Notes under the pieces: model-generated
The model's database searches: none
What the model was told of the DNA's origin: nothing
Seen by the model: the letters and a program-made list of their open reading frames with translations, nothing else
Assembly: GCA_016933395.1 (NCBI GenBank)
Contig: JAFGBA010000146.1
Location: 1 to 12,083 of the forward strand
Direction: 5' to 3'
Source: Sedimentisphaerales bacterium
GTDB lineage: Bacteria; Planctomycetota; Phycisphaerae; Sedimentisphaerales; SM23-30
Length of the DNA stretch: 12,083 nucleotides
Shown here: piece by piece, positions 1-6,748 of the stretch
How the letters are laid out: every line of letters begins with the position of its first letter
Position numbering within the stretch: the first letter of the stretch is position 1
Translations under genes and position numbers: made by a program

Positions 1-674
1 CGCAGACTCCCGGCCGGTTTGTTCAGGGCCAGCAGGGCGGCTTCAATAGCCAGCGTGCCGCTACCGCACATGGGCAGGGCCAGCGGTTGCGAACCATCAT
101 AACCGGCGGCCATGAGGATGGCGGCGGCGAGCGTCTCTCGCAGCGGGGCCTTGTGGGGCATCTTGCGGTAATTGCGGTCAGAGAGCTTCAGTCCGGAGGT
201 GTTGAGGTAGAGCCAGGCGCGGTCTTCATGCCAGTAAAGGTTGACCACGACGCCGGTGCGGTCGGGACCGCTGTCGGGGCGGCTGCCGGTTTTGCGCTGG
301 ATACGATCCACGATGGCGTCCTTGACCTTGAGGTTGGGGAACATGGTGTTGTTAACGGTGCGGGTGTTGACATGAGAGAGGATGCACAGGTGTTCGGCGG
401 GGTCAATGTAGTTTTCCCAGTCGATGTGGCCGACCTGTTTATAGAGGGTGTCGGGCGAGCCGCAGCCAAATTCCCGCAACAGGTACTGTACGCTGTAGGC
501 GGTCCGCAGGAGATAATTAAGTTTGTAACAATCCAGCAATGACCCGCGGGTGAGTACGCCACCGCTGTGCGTGTCGAGAACAGGAAAACCTAACGCCGTC
601 AGCTCTGTCTGAAGATACTCCGCCAAACCGGGGCCGCAGGTAATCAGCAGTGTTCGTCGTTCCTGTGGGTTCAT
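1..674 (-). CDS. THUMP-domain class I SAM-dependent RNA methyltransferase (RlmL/YcbY-like, COG0116), N-terminal ~224 aa; the 3' part lies beyond the window start
   Basis: The minus-strand translation from ATG (rc of 672-674) reads MNPQERRTLLITCGPGLAEYLQTELTALGF...KVKDAIVDRIQRKTG...LYLNTSGLKL...PLRETLAAAILMAAGYDGSQPLALPMCGSGTLAIEAALLA. This matches, from memory, the E. coli RlmL N-terminus/THUMP region (KVKDAIVD, LDLSG, IKETLAAAI, DPMCGSGTLLIEAA). It is absent from the ORF track only because the frame runs off the window edge with no stop. The + strand ORF 87..542 is its antisense artifact. Confidence 0.75.
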   Translation of the reverse strand, partial: MNPQERRTLLITCGPGLAEYLQTELTALGFPVLDTHSGGVLTRGSLLDCYKLNYLLRTAYSVQYLLREFGCGSPDTLYKQVGHIDWENYIDPAEHLCILSHVNTRTVNNTMFPNLKVKDAIVDRIQRKTGSRPDSGPDRTGVVVNLYWHEDRAWLYLNTSGLKLSDRNYRKMPHKAPLRETLAAAILMAAGYDGSQPLALPMCGSGTLAIEAALLALNKPAGSL

Positions 675-681
675 CCGCGTT

Positions 682-710
682 GGTGTACGTGGAATCACGT
701 GTTTTGTCAA
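682..710 (-). promoter_or_regulatory. Candidate sigma70-like promoter for the methyltransferase: perfect -35 TTGACA (rc of 705-710), 17-bp spacer, weak -10 TACACC (rc of 682-687) ending 7 nt before the ATG. Possible leaderless transcript.
   Basis: The minus strand reads TTGACA-aaacacgtgattccacg-TACACC-aacgcgg-ATG. There is no Shine-Dalgarno between the -10 and the ATG. The -10 hexamer lacks the conserved final T, so the call is weak. Confidence 0.25.
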
Positions 711-741
711 TCGCAAAGCCCGGCGACGTTTTATTTGAGGG

Positions 742-770
742 TTGACAGGATATGAGGGATGGTTTAGGGT
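742..770 (+). promoter_or_regulatory. Candidate sigma70 promoter for the SPFH gene: -35 TTGACA (742-747), 17-bp spacer, -10 TAGGGT (765-770). GATAAT at 771-776 is an alternative -10.
   Basis: The hexamers were read directly from the sequence. The predicted transcript would carry a ~110-nt 5' UTR to the ATG at 889. Confidence 0.3.
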
Positions 771-828
771 GATAATTACAATTTGAAAATACTATCCGCT
801 TGGTTACGTGCTATTTAGTCTAACGGGC

Positions 829-861
829 GTACCACCGCTCATGTGTTTGGCGAGCGGTTAC
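829..861 (+). other. Stem-loop in the 5' UTR of the SPFH gene: gtaCCaccgctc (829-840), loop atgtgtttggc (841-851), gagcggttac (852-861). The stem is 10 bp with a 2-nt CC bulge.
   Basis: Complementarity seen by inspection. There is no downstream T-tract, so it is not a terminator. It lies ~13 nt upstream of the GGAGG at 874-878. Confidence 0.3.
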
Positions 862-888
862 TCGTCTCTGAATGGAGGTTGAAGCACT

Positions 889-2385
889 ATGGAATGGCAA
901 GATATGAACATTACCAGGGCCAAAAGTATTGTGGTGAGTATTGCTGTGATTGTGATACTTTTAGGAATCGCCTGCTTTGTTTCGATTATTAATATCGGCG
1001 GCAATGAAGTTGGGGTTGTGGAGAAGAAATTCGGCGGGGGAAATTTGCCGTCCGGGCGTATTCTCGCCACGGATGGCGAGAATGGCATTCAGGCCAAAAT
1101 ATTGGGACCGGGCTGGCATTTCTTTTACTGGCCGTGGCAGTACAAGATTACCAAGACTCAGGTTACGGAAATTCAACCCGGTTCTGTGGGTTTGCTGCAG
1201 GCTGCCGATGGCAGGAGCCTGGAGACAGGGGCGATCTATGCTCCTGAATGGGATGATCCGCAAAAAATGTTAACGGCGGAATATTTTCTCACCGACGGCC
1301 AAGGCTATAAAGGGCCGCAATTGTCCGTGCTGAAACCGGGCAAGTATCGTATTAACCCCCGCTTGTTCACCGTGACGGTGACGCCCGTAACCAATGTCAA
1401 GGCGGGAACCGTCGGGGTCGTTAAAAGCAATGTCGGCGTTCGTCCGGCGGAGATGCCCGCTGATGGTCTGGTGGAGGATAACCAGCGCGGCATCCGTAAA
1501 ACGATTTTGTCTCCGCAGGAGTATTATTTGAATACGAAGGCGTATGAAGTCACCATGATTTCCACGCTGAAGACCACCGTGGGCTTTTTACCCAGTTCGG
1601 TGAAGGGATCGGATATGGATCCCATTGAGGTAAAAAGTGCCGATGGATTTACCTTCCCGGTGGATGTGCGGGTGATCTATCACATCGAAAAAGAAAACGC
1701 TCCGCGCGTGGTGGCGACCATCGGCGATGGTGAAATGATATTGACCAAGATGCTGATGCCGGCGGTGCGGGCGACGTTTCGCAATAATGCCGAAAAGGTC
1801 AAGGCTCTGGATTACGTTCAGCAGCGTTCGCAGCAGGAAATACAAAGCCTGGACATGATTAAGGAACAGATGAAAAGCTATGGTATAACCATTGACGCAA
1901 TTTTGATCGGCAACGTGGGTGATGAGAAAAGCCTGGGGATGCTGTTAAAAACCCAAACCGACCGTGAAATCGCCCTGCAGGAACAAAAAACCTTTGAGGT
2001 GCAGCAGGCCGCCGCGGAAAAGCAAAAGAACCTGACCCGCACCCGTCAGCAAGCCGAGGAAGAAAAACGTCTGGCGACGGCGGAATATGGTGTTAAAGTC
2101 GCCGAGCAGGAAAAGCAGAAACGCATCATTGAGGCGCAGGCTGAGGCGGAAATGGTCAAGCTGGTGGCCCAGGCCAAGGCTGACGCCTATAAACTGATTT
2201 CCGAAGTGCTGGGCAATGACAACGCCGCCTTGCTGGAGGTAATGAAACTTGTTGCCGAAAGTAATATCCGCATCACGCCTGAAGTTATGGTGGGATCATC
2301 AAATAATAGCGGCACAACCGATGCCCTGATGGGTACGATTCTCAAAGATATGTTGAGTAAAGAGAAGGAAACGCCGACAAAGTAA
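889..2385 (+). CDS. SPFH/band-7 domain membrane protein, flotillin-like (498 aa): N-terminal TM helix, SPFH core, long Glu/Ala/Lys/Gln-rich coiled-coil C-terminal half
   Basis: The N-terminus has a hydrophobic helix (IVVSIAVIVILLGIACFVSIINI) followed by GNEVGVVEKKFGG, which is a typical entry into an SPFH domain. Residues 330-430 form an EA/KQ-rich heptad coiled coil (EQEKQKRIIEAQAEAEMVKLVAQAKADAYKL), characteristic of flotillin/YqiK/FloT-type proteins. GGAGG at 874-878 sits 10 nt upstream of the ATG. The domain assignment is from sequence features, not a search. Confidence 0.75.
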   Translation: MEWQDMNITRAKSIVVSIAVIVILLGIACFVSIINIGGNEVGVVEKKFGGGNLPSGRILATDGENGIQAKILGPGWHFFYWPWQYKITKTQVTEIQPGSVGLLQAADGRSLETGAIYAPEWDDPQKMLTAEYFLTDGQGYKGPQLSVLKPGKYRINPRLFTVTVTPVTNVKAGTVGVVKSNVGVRPAEMPADGLVEDNQRGIRKTILSPQEYYLNTKAYEVTMISTLKTTVGFLPSSVKGSDMDPIEVKSADGFTFPVDVRVIYHIEKENAPRVVATIGDGEMILTKMLMPAVRATFRNNAEKVKALDYVQQRSQQEIQSLDMIKEQMKSYGITIDAILIGNVGDEKSLGMLLKTQTDREIALQEQKTFEVQQAAAEKQKNLTRTRQQAEEEKRLATAEYGVKVAEQEKQKRIIEAQAEAEMVKLVAQAKADAYKLISEVLGNDNAALLEVMKLVAESNIRITPEVMVGSSNNSGTTDALMGTILKDMLSKEKETPTK

Positions 2386-2400
2386 TACGCTTCGAGGTTT

Positions 2401-2422
2401 ACGCTGGTGGTCAGCGTTTTTT
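2401..2422 (+). terminator. Rho-independent terminator: stem ACGCTG (2401-2406) / CAGCGT (2412-2417), 5-nt loop, then a T6 tract through 2422
   Basis: A perfect 6-bp GC-rich stem is followed immediately by TTTTTT, 16 nt after the SPFH stop at 2383-2385. The hairpin overlaps the last codons and stop (2411-2413) of the convergent phosphatase gene. Confidence 0.6.
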
Positions 2423-3748
2423 GACCACGATGAGGGCGGTATCGTCAAAGCGGCTGGTCAGGCCGGTGAATTTGCGCATGGTCCAGAGGATGCTGCGGGC
2501 GGACTGGTCAGCAGTTAAGCTCAAGCTGTCGCGAGCGGCCTGGATGATGCGTTCCCGGCCAAAAGGTTCACGCTCAAAGTTCATGGCTTCGGCTAAACCG
2601 TCGGTGTAGCATAGCAGCATATCGCCGGTGTGAAAGGCGGAGCAGCCCAATTCGTAATCGGCCTTGGGGTCAACGCCCATCAGTGGGCCGCCGGCAGTGA
2701 GTCGCTGTACGTCCTCGCCATGGAACAACAGGCCTGGATCATGACCGGCATTGCAATAACTCAGTGCCTCACCGCCCGGTTCGAACAAGGCACAAAACAA
2801 TGTGGCGAACTCGCCGGCGGCGGTATCAATACAAAACATCCGATTAACCCGTCGCATCAGTTCAGGCAAATCTTTGATGCATTCCGCATAGGCCCGCAGA
2901 CACGACCGCGTAGACGCCATCGCCAATGATGCGGGTACGCCCTTACCCATAACATCACCAAGAACTACCAGCAGGCGTCCGTCAGGCAGGGGGATAAAGT
3001 CGTATAGATCCCCTCCGACTTCATAGCAGGGGACATAACGGGCGCCGATATCCAAGCCGGGGATGTCCGGTAGATGATGTGGGATGAGATGTCGCTGCAC
3101 CTCACCGGCGATTTTAAGTTGACGGTCAAGCCGCTGCTTTTCCAGGGCCTCGCGGTAGAGGCGAGCATTCACAATCGCGGCGGCGGACTGGGCGGCGATG
3201 ATCTGGGCCAAGGCGATATCCTGTGGTGAAAACGTGCGGGGGCGTTTACTGTACAGGCGCAACATGCCGATGGGGGAATCTTTGTAAAGCATACCAACCG
3301 TGAGGCTTGACACCAGGCCTTCCCGCATGATGTTGTCGTGATAACGGGAGAAATACTTGCTGTGGCGCATGTCTTCAACGACGATAGGCTCCCCTTTAAG
3401 GGCGCGTCGGTTGAGTTTGCTTTCACCGGCGGTGACAGGACCTTTGTTGATATAGGCGTCGCTAAGGCCGAAGGTGGCCTTGAGGGTAAGCTCGCCGGTT
3501 TCCGGCGTTAACAGCCGCAAGCCGGCGGCGTCGGCATCCAGCGCTTGCGCGACAGTACGAACGACGATCTCCAACACCTGTTCAAGGTCCATCGGCCCGG
3601 TAAGCAGGCGGGAGGCTTCATGGACGCTGGAAAGGTCCTGATTGAGCCGACGGACCTTGCGGTCCAGACGGACGGTGGCTTCGACGGCATGATTGAGTAA
3701 ATCACGGTCGCGAGGTCCCTGGCGAGTATTACGGCGGGCGTTTTTCAT
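2411..3748 (-). CDS. GAF-domain + PP2C-type (SpoIIE/RsbU family) serine/threonine protein phosphatase. I favour the start at ATG 3746-3748 (MKNARR..., 445 aa). The ORF-track start at 3787 (MLALAST...) is an alternative.
   Basis: The N-terminal half (LEQVLEIVVRTVAQALDADAAGLRLL...GESKLNRRALKGEPIVVED) is GAF-like. The C-terminal half carries PP2C/SpoIIE-like acidic metal-binding motifs (VGGDLYDF, VLGDVMGKG, TDGLAEA). The start choice rests on the TATAAT immediately upstream of the ATG at 3746-3748; see the promoter feature at 3756..3783. Confidence 0.75.
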   Translation of the reverse strand: MKNARRNTRQGPRDRDLLNHAVEATVRLDRKVRRLNQDLSSVHEASRLLTGPMDLEQVLEIVVRTVAQALDADAAGLRLLTPETGELTLKATFGLSDAYINKGPVTAGESKLNRRALKGEPIVVEDMRHSKYFSRYHDNIMREGLVSSLTVGMLYKDSPIGMLRLYSKRPRTFSPQDIALAQIIAAQSAAAIVNARLYREALEKQRLDRQLKIAGEVQRHLIPHHLPDIPGLDIGARYVPCYEVGGDLYDFIPLPDGRLLVVLGDVMGKGVPASLAMASTRSCLRAYAECIKDLPELMRRVNRMFCIDTAAGEFATLFCALFEPGGEALSYCNAGHDPGLLFHGEDVQRLTAGGPLMGVDPKADYELGCSAFHTGDMLLCYTDGLAEAMNFEREPFGRERIIQAARDSLSLTADQSARSILWTMRKFTGLTSRFDDTALIVVKKR

Positions 3749-3755
3749 CCGCACC

Positions 3756-3783
3756 ATTATAGGGGATGTCGATGCCAAAGCAA
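3756..3783 (-). promoter_or_regulatory. Candidate promoter for the phosphatase: -10 TATAAT (rc of 3756-3761), -35 TTGCTT (rc of 3778-3783), 16-bp spacer. The -10 ends 7 nt upstream of the ATG at 3746-3748, so the mRNA is putatively leaderless.
   Basis: The minus strand reads aTGCTTGCTTtggcatcgacatccccTATAATggtgcggATGaaaaac. A perfect TATAAT sits 7 nt before the ATG. Only a weak GGTG is available as a Shine-Dalgarno. Confidence 0.35.
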
Positions 3784-3860
3784 GCATTTGTTGGTTGCAA
3801 GTGCGATATTAAGAAGGAGTTAAGGGTATTTTTTGTCGGCGGCATTACCGGTTCATTGGC

Positions 3861-3889
3861 TTGACAGTTCCGGCCGGCGGGCTTACTAT
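3861..3889 (+). promoter_or_regulatory. Strong candidate sigma70 promoter for argH: perfect -35 TTGACA (3861-3866), 17-bp spacer, -10 TACTAT (3884-3889)
   Basis: Read directly from the sequence. The predicted TSS is ~3896, giving a ~40-nt leader to the ATG at 3936. The ORF-track start 3861 is the TTG of the -35 box itself, not a real start. Confidence 0.5.
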
Positions 3890-3935
3890 ACCAAGGATTC
3901 ATACTAAGGAAAAAAACTTCTCAACAGGAGCGGAT

Positions 3936-5318
3936 ATGGCCACATCGGAAAAAAGCTGGCAAAGTCGCATGAGTAAGGATCAGGATGACTTGGCGGCGGC
4001 GTTTGTCGAGTCGCTGAGCGTTGATGTCCGGCTGGCTAAGTATGATATTGCAGGTAGTATCGCCCATGCGCAAATGCTTGCCGATTGTAAGCTCATCACT
4101 CGGGATGAATTTCGTCAGATCAAACAGGGGCTGACAGACATTGCCGCCGAGATAGATGCGGGCACGTTGGTATTTGATAAACGCTTCGAAGATATACATA
4201 TGGCTGTCGAAGCAGAGTTAATTGACCGTATTGGCGAGGCGGGCAAGAAACTGCATACCGGGCGCAGCCGTAATGACCAGGTGGCTCTGGATATGCGGCT
4301 GTGGATGCGGGATGAAATCGCCACCTTAGGTGAACATCTCGCGGTGGTGCAGCAGGAGTTGGTGCGGCTGGCCGAGAAGCAGGGCGGGGTGGTGATGCCG
4401 ACATATACGCATTTGCAGCGGGCGCAGCCGGGGTTGAGCGGGCATTACCTGCTGGCGTTTGTCGAGATGCTCCAGCGCGACCGAGAGCGGTTGGCCGATG
4501 CCGCCAAACGCGTGAATATTTCTCCATTGGGCAGCGGCGCCGTGGCGGGCAGCACGCTGGAATTGGATCGCCGGGCGACAGCGGCAACGCTGGGTTTTGC
4601 CGACATCACCCGCAATAGTATTGACAGTACGGCGGATAGGGATTTTTGCATCGAGTTTGTTTTTGTTTGTGCGATGATTGCTCAGCACCTGTCGCGATTG
4701 GCGGAAGACTGGATTATATTTTCGTCGCAGGAATTCGGTTTCATTCGTATCGATGACGCCTTTTGCACCGGCAGCAGCATGATGCCGCAGAAGCGTAATC
4801 CTGATATGCTCGAACTCATTCGCGGACGATGCGGAGGCGTGTATGGCAATCTAATGGCGTTGTTGACAATGATGAAGGGTTTGCCGCTGACCTATAACCG
4901 CGACATGCAGGAAGATAAAAAGCAGGTGTTCGACGCAGCCGATACGATTGCGGCATGTCTGGCGATGGCGGCGGCCATTGTCAAAAATACGACGTTTAAC
5001 GCCGAACGCATAAGCCGGGGGCTGGACGAAGGATTTACCGATGCCACCGCTTTGGCGGAATATCTGGTCGGCAAAGGCGTACCGTTTCGTACGGCCCACC
5101 AGATTGTCGGTCGCCTGGTGGCCCAATGTGAACAAGCTAATTGCGTGTTGGCAAAACTACCGTTAGATACCTTGCAACAAGCTTGCCCGCAAATCGACGA
5201 ACACGTTTATGAACATTTGACGGCCGTGAATGTCACCGCCCGTTATGCTACGGAAGGCTCGGCGGGAGAAAAGCAATTAAAACAACAACTTGCCTTCTGG
5301 AAAGAACAACTTGCGTAG
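3936..5318 (+). CDS. argH: Argininosuccinate lyase
   Basis: The translation carries fumarate-lyase/ASL signature regions, for example GKKLHTGRSRNDQVALD, MPTYTHLQRAQP and GSSMMPQKRNPD, and aligns from memory along its whole length with E. coli ArgH. AGGAG at 3926-3930 sits 5 nt upstream of ATG 3936. The ORF-track extension to 3861 has no RBS and no homology. Confidence 0.9.
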   Translation: MATSEKSWQSRMSKDQDDLAAAFVESLSVDVRLAKYDIAGSIAHAQMLADCKLITRDEFRQIKQGLTDIAAEIDAGTLVFDKRFEDIHMAVEAELIDRIGEAGKKLHTGRSRNDQVALDMRLWMRDEIATLGEHLAVVQQELVRLAEKQGGVVMPTYTHLQRAQPGLSGHYLLAFVEMLQRDRERLADAAKRVNISPLGSGAVAGSTLELDRRATAATLGFADITRNSIDSTADRDFCIEFVFVCAMIAQHLSRLAEDWIIFSSQEFGFIRIDDAFCTGSSMMPQKRNPDMLELIRGRCGGVYGNLMALLTMMKGLPLTYNRDMQEDKKQVFDAADTIAACLAMAAAIVKNTTFNAERISRGLDEGFTDATALAEYLVGKGVPFRTAHQIVGRLVAQCEQANCVLAKLPLDTLQQACPQIDEHVYEHLTAVNVTARYATEGSAGEKQLKQQLAFWKEQLA

Positions 5319-5337
5319 CGCCGGGGTATAAAGTGGC

Positions 5338-6264
5338 ATGAGTCAACGCGAATTTGAATTTATCGACTGGCTGATGCAGTGTTTTTCCTCGACGGGGAGG
5401 GACATCACCCGCGGCATCGGGGACGATATGGCCGTGATGATGGTCAACGGCGAACAGGTGCTGATTACTACGGATGTTTTGCTGGAGGGGGTTCATTTTG
5501 ATTTGTCGCGGGCGACGCCGCGGCAGGTGGGGTACAAGGCGATGGCGTGCAGCCTGAGCGATTGCGCCGCCATGGCCGCCTTGCCCTGGTGTGCGGTAGT
5601 AGGCGCCGCCATTCCCCGAAGCTGGAACATGGATCAGGCGCGGGAGTTGACACAGGGCTTGCAAAAGGCGGCTAAAACGTATGATTGCCCGTTGGTGGGC
5701 GGCGACACCACCAGTTGGGATAATCGACTGGTTGTTAACGTTACCATGTTGGCGCGGGCCCAAGACGTTGAGCCGGTTTTGCGCTCAGGCGCTCAGGTGG
5801 GCGACGTCATCTTCGTGACCGGTGAACTGGGCGGCTCATTGGCGGGACGGCATCTTGAATTTGTTCCGCGGGTGAATGAAGCACGGCGTTTGGCCAAATG
5901 GGTTCATTTGCACGCCATGATCGATTTGAGCGACGGTTTGGCCGGTGACTTGGGCCATATTTGTCAAGGCAGTCGAGTTGGAGCGATAATAAATAAAAAC
6001 GCTATCCCAATTTGCGTTTCGGCACTGAAATCCGACAATCCGCTCAAGGCGGCGTTGGCCGACGGTGAAGATTTCGAACTGTTGTTTACCGTCAGCGCCA
6101 AGGATGCGGAACGCTTGCAACATGGCCGCGTTGAAGAAACATTTGTCAAATTGACCCCCATCGGTGAAATTGTCGCCGGTTCGGGTGAAATTCTTTTACG
6201 TGACGAAACCGGAAAAACACAACCATTGACATATAAAGGTTGGGAACATCATTGGGGCGATTAA
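5338..6264 (+). CDS. thiL: Thiamine-monophosphate kinase
   Basis: The N-terminus SQREFEFIDWL...GIGDDMAV...TTDVLLEGVHF...GYKAMACSLSDCAAMAALP matches the ThiL/PurM-superfamily pattern: the EFELI start, a GDD Mg-site, and TDxLxEGVHF. The length of 308 aa fits ThiL. It is only 19 nt downstream of the argH stop, so it is probably co-transcribed. Confidence 0.8.
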   Translation: MSQREFEFIDWLMQCFSSTGRDITRGIGDDMAVMMVNGEQVLITTDVLLEGVHFDLSRATPRQVGYKAMACSLSDCAAMAALPWCAVVGAAIPRSWNMDQARELTQGLQKAAKTYDCPLVGGDTTSWDNRLVVNVTMLARAQDVEPVLRSGAQVGDVIFVTGELGGSLAGRHLEFVPRVNEARRLAKWVHLHAMIDLSDGLAGDLGHICQGSRVGAIINKNAIPICVSALKSDNPLKAALADGEDFELLFTVSAKDAERLQHGRVEETFVKLTPIGEIVAGSGEILLRDETGKTQPLTYKGWEHHWGD

Positions 6265-6293
6265 CGGATAATAAGGGCGACTTTCCCGTGGCG

Positions 6294-6734
6294 ATGACTA
6301 AAAACATAATCAGTTACAGCGTAGCCGAAACGATAGCTCTGGGTGAGCGCATCGGCCAACACCTGCGCGGCGGGGAAGTATTGGCCCTGATTGGTGAATT
6401 GGGGACGGGCAAGACGCACCTGATAAAAGGCCTGGCGCAGGGGCTGGGCGTCGCCGGCGCCGATGACGTTACCAGCCCGACGTTTACGTTGGTAAATGAG
6501 TTGCAAGGGCGGCTGAAATTGTATCACGTGGATGCTTATCGGCTGGAGAATTTCAGGCAGCTTGAGGCGCTGGGTTTCGATGAGTTTTGTCACATCGGGT
6601 CAGTAGTTGTGGTGGAATGGGCCGATAGAGTGTGGGATTTATTGGCGGAGTATGAACCGATTTGCATACGTTTGGAACACATCGCCGGCGAGCGGCGGCG
6701 TATCGTGATGGAAAATTTACCTCAATACCTTTAA
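6294..6734 (+). CDS. tsaE: tRNA threonylcarbamoyladenosine (t6A) biosynthesis ATPase TsaE (YjeE family). Start chosen at ATG 6294; GTG 6288 is an alternative.
   Basis: It has a Walker A motif GELGTGKTHLIKG, followed by TSPTFTLVNEL...LYHVDAYRL, which is characteristic of TsaE. The length is ~146 aa. The only SD-like AAGGG (6273-6277) is 10 nt from GTG 6288 and 16 nt from ATG 6294. The ORF-track TTG 6240 would overlap the thiL 3' end without an RBS. Confidence 0.75.
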   Translation: MTKNIISYSVAETIALGERIGQHLRGGEVLALIGELGTGKTHLIKGLAQGLGVAGADDVTSPTFTLVNELQGRLKLYHVDAYRLENFRQLEALGFDEFCHIGSVVVVEWADRVWDLLAEYEPICIRLEHIAGERRRIVMENLPQYL

Positions 6735-6748
6735 TGGGAGGGCAACAC

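Noticed and set aside
87-542. Long antisense and alternate-frame ORFs: 87..542 (+), 188..562 (-), 4120..4587 (-), 5248..5763 (-), 7917..8621 (-), 9244..9795 (-), 977..1273 (+), 2630..2929 (+)
   Set aside because: All lie opposite or out of frame within confidently assigned genes. They have low-complexity Gly/Ala/Val, Arg/Pro or Ser/Pro-rich compositions typical of spurious ORFs in GC-rich DNA. None has an RBS or independent support.
3861-3935. The ORF-track 5' extension of argH, MTVPAGGLTIPRIHTKEKNFSTGAD, starting at TTG 3861
   Set aside because: The TTG is the -35 hexamer of a near-consensus promoter. There is no RBS. Homology to ASL begins at MATSEK (ATG 3936), which has AGGAG 5 nt upstream.
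3785-3935. A search for an ArgR/AhrC ARG box, TNTGAATWWWWATTCANW, upstream of argH and of argB (7493-7659)
   Set aside because: Only fragmentary half-site-like strings are present: ATTCATA at ~3895 and TTCATT at ~3853. There is no 18-bp palindrome, so I do not call an operator.
6662-6748. The ORF-track 5' extension of the hypothetical protein (MHTFGTHRRRAAAYRDGKF...), overlapping tsaE
   Set aside because: It overlaps the tsaE coding sequence and is Arg-rich, junk-like sequence. The strong GGGAGGG RBS serves ATG 6749, where the signal peptide begins.
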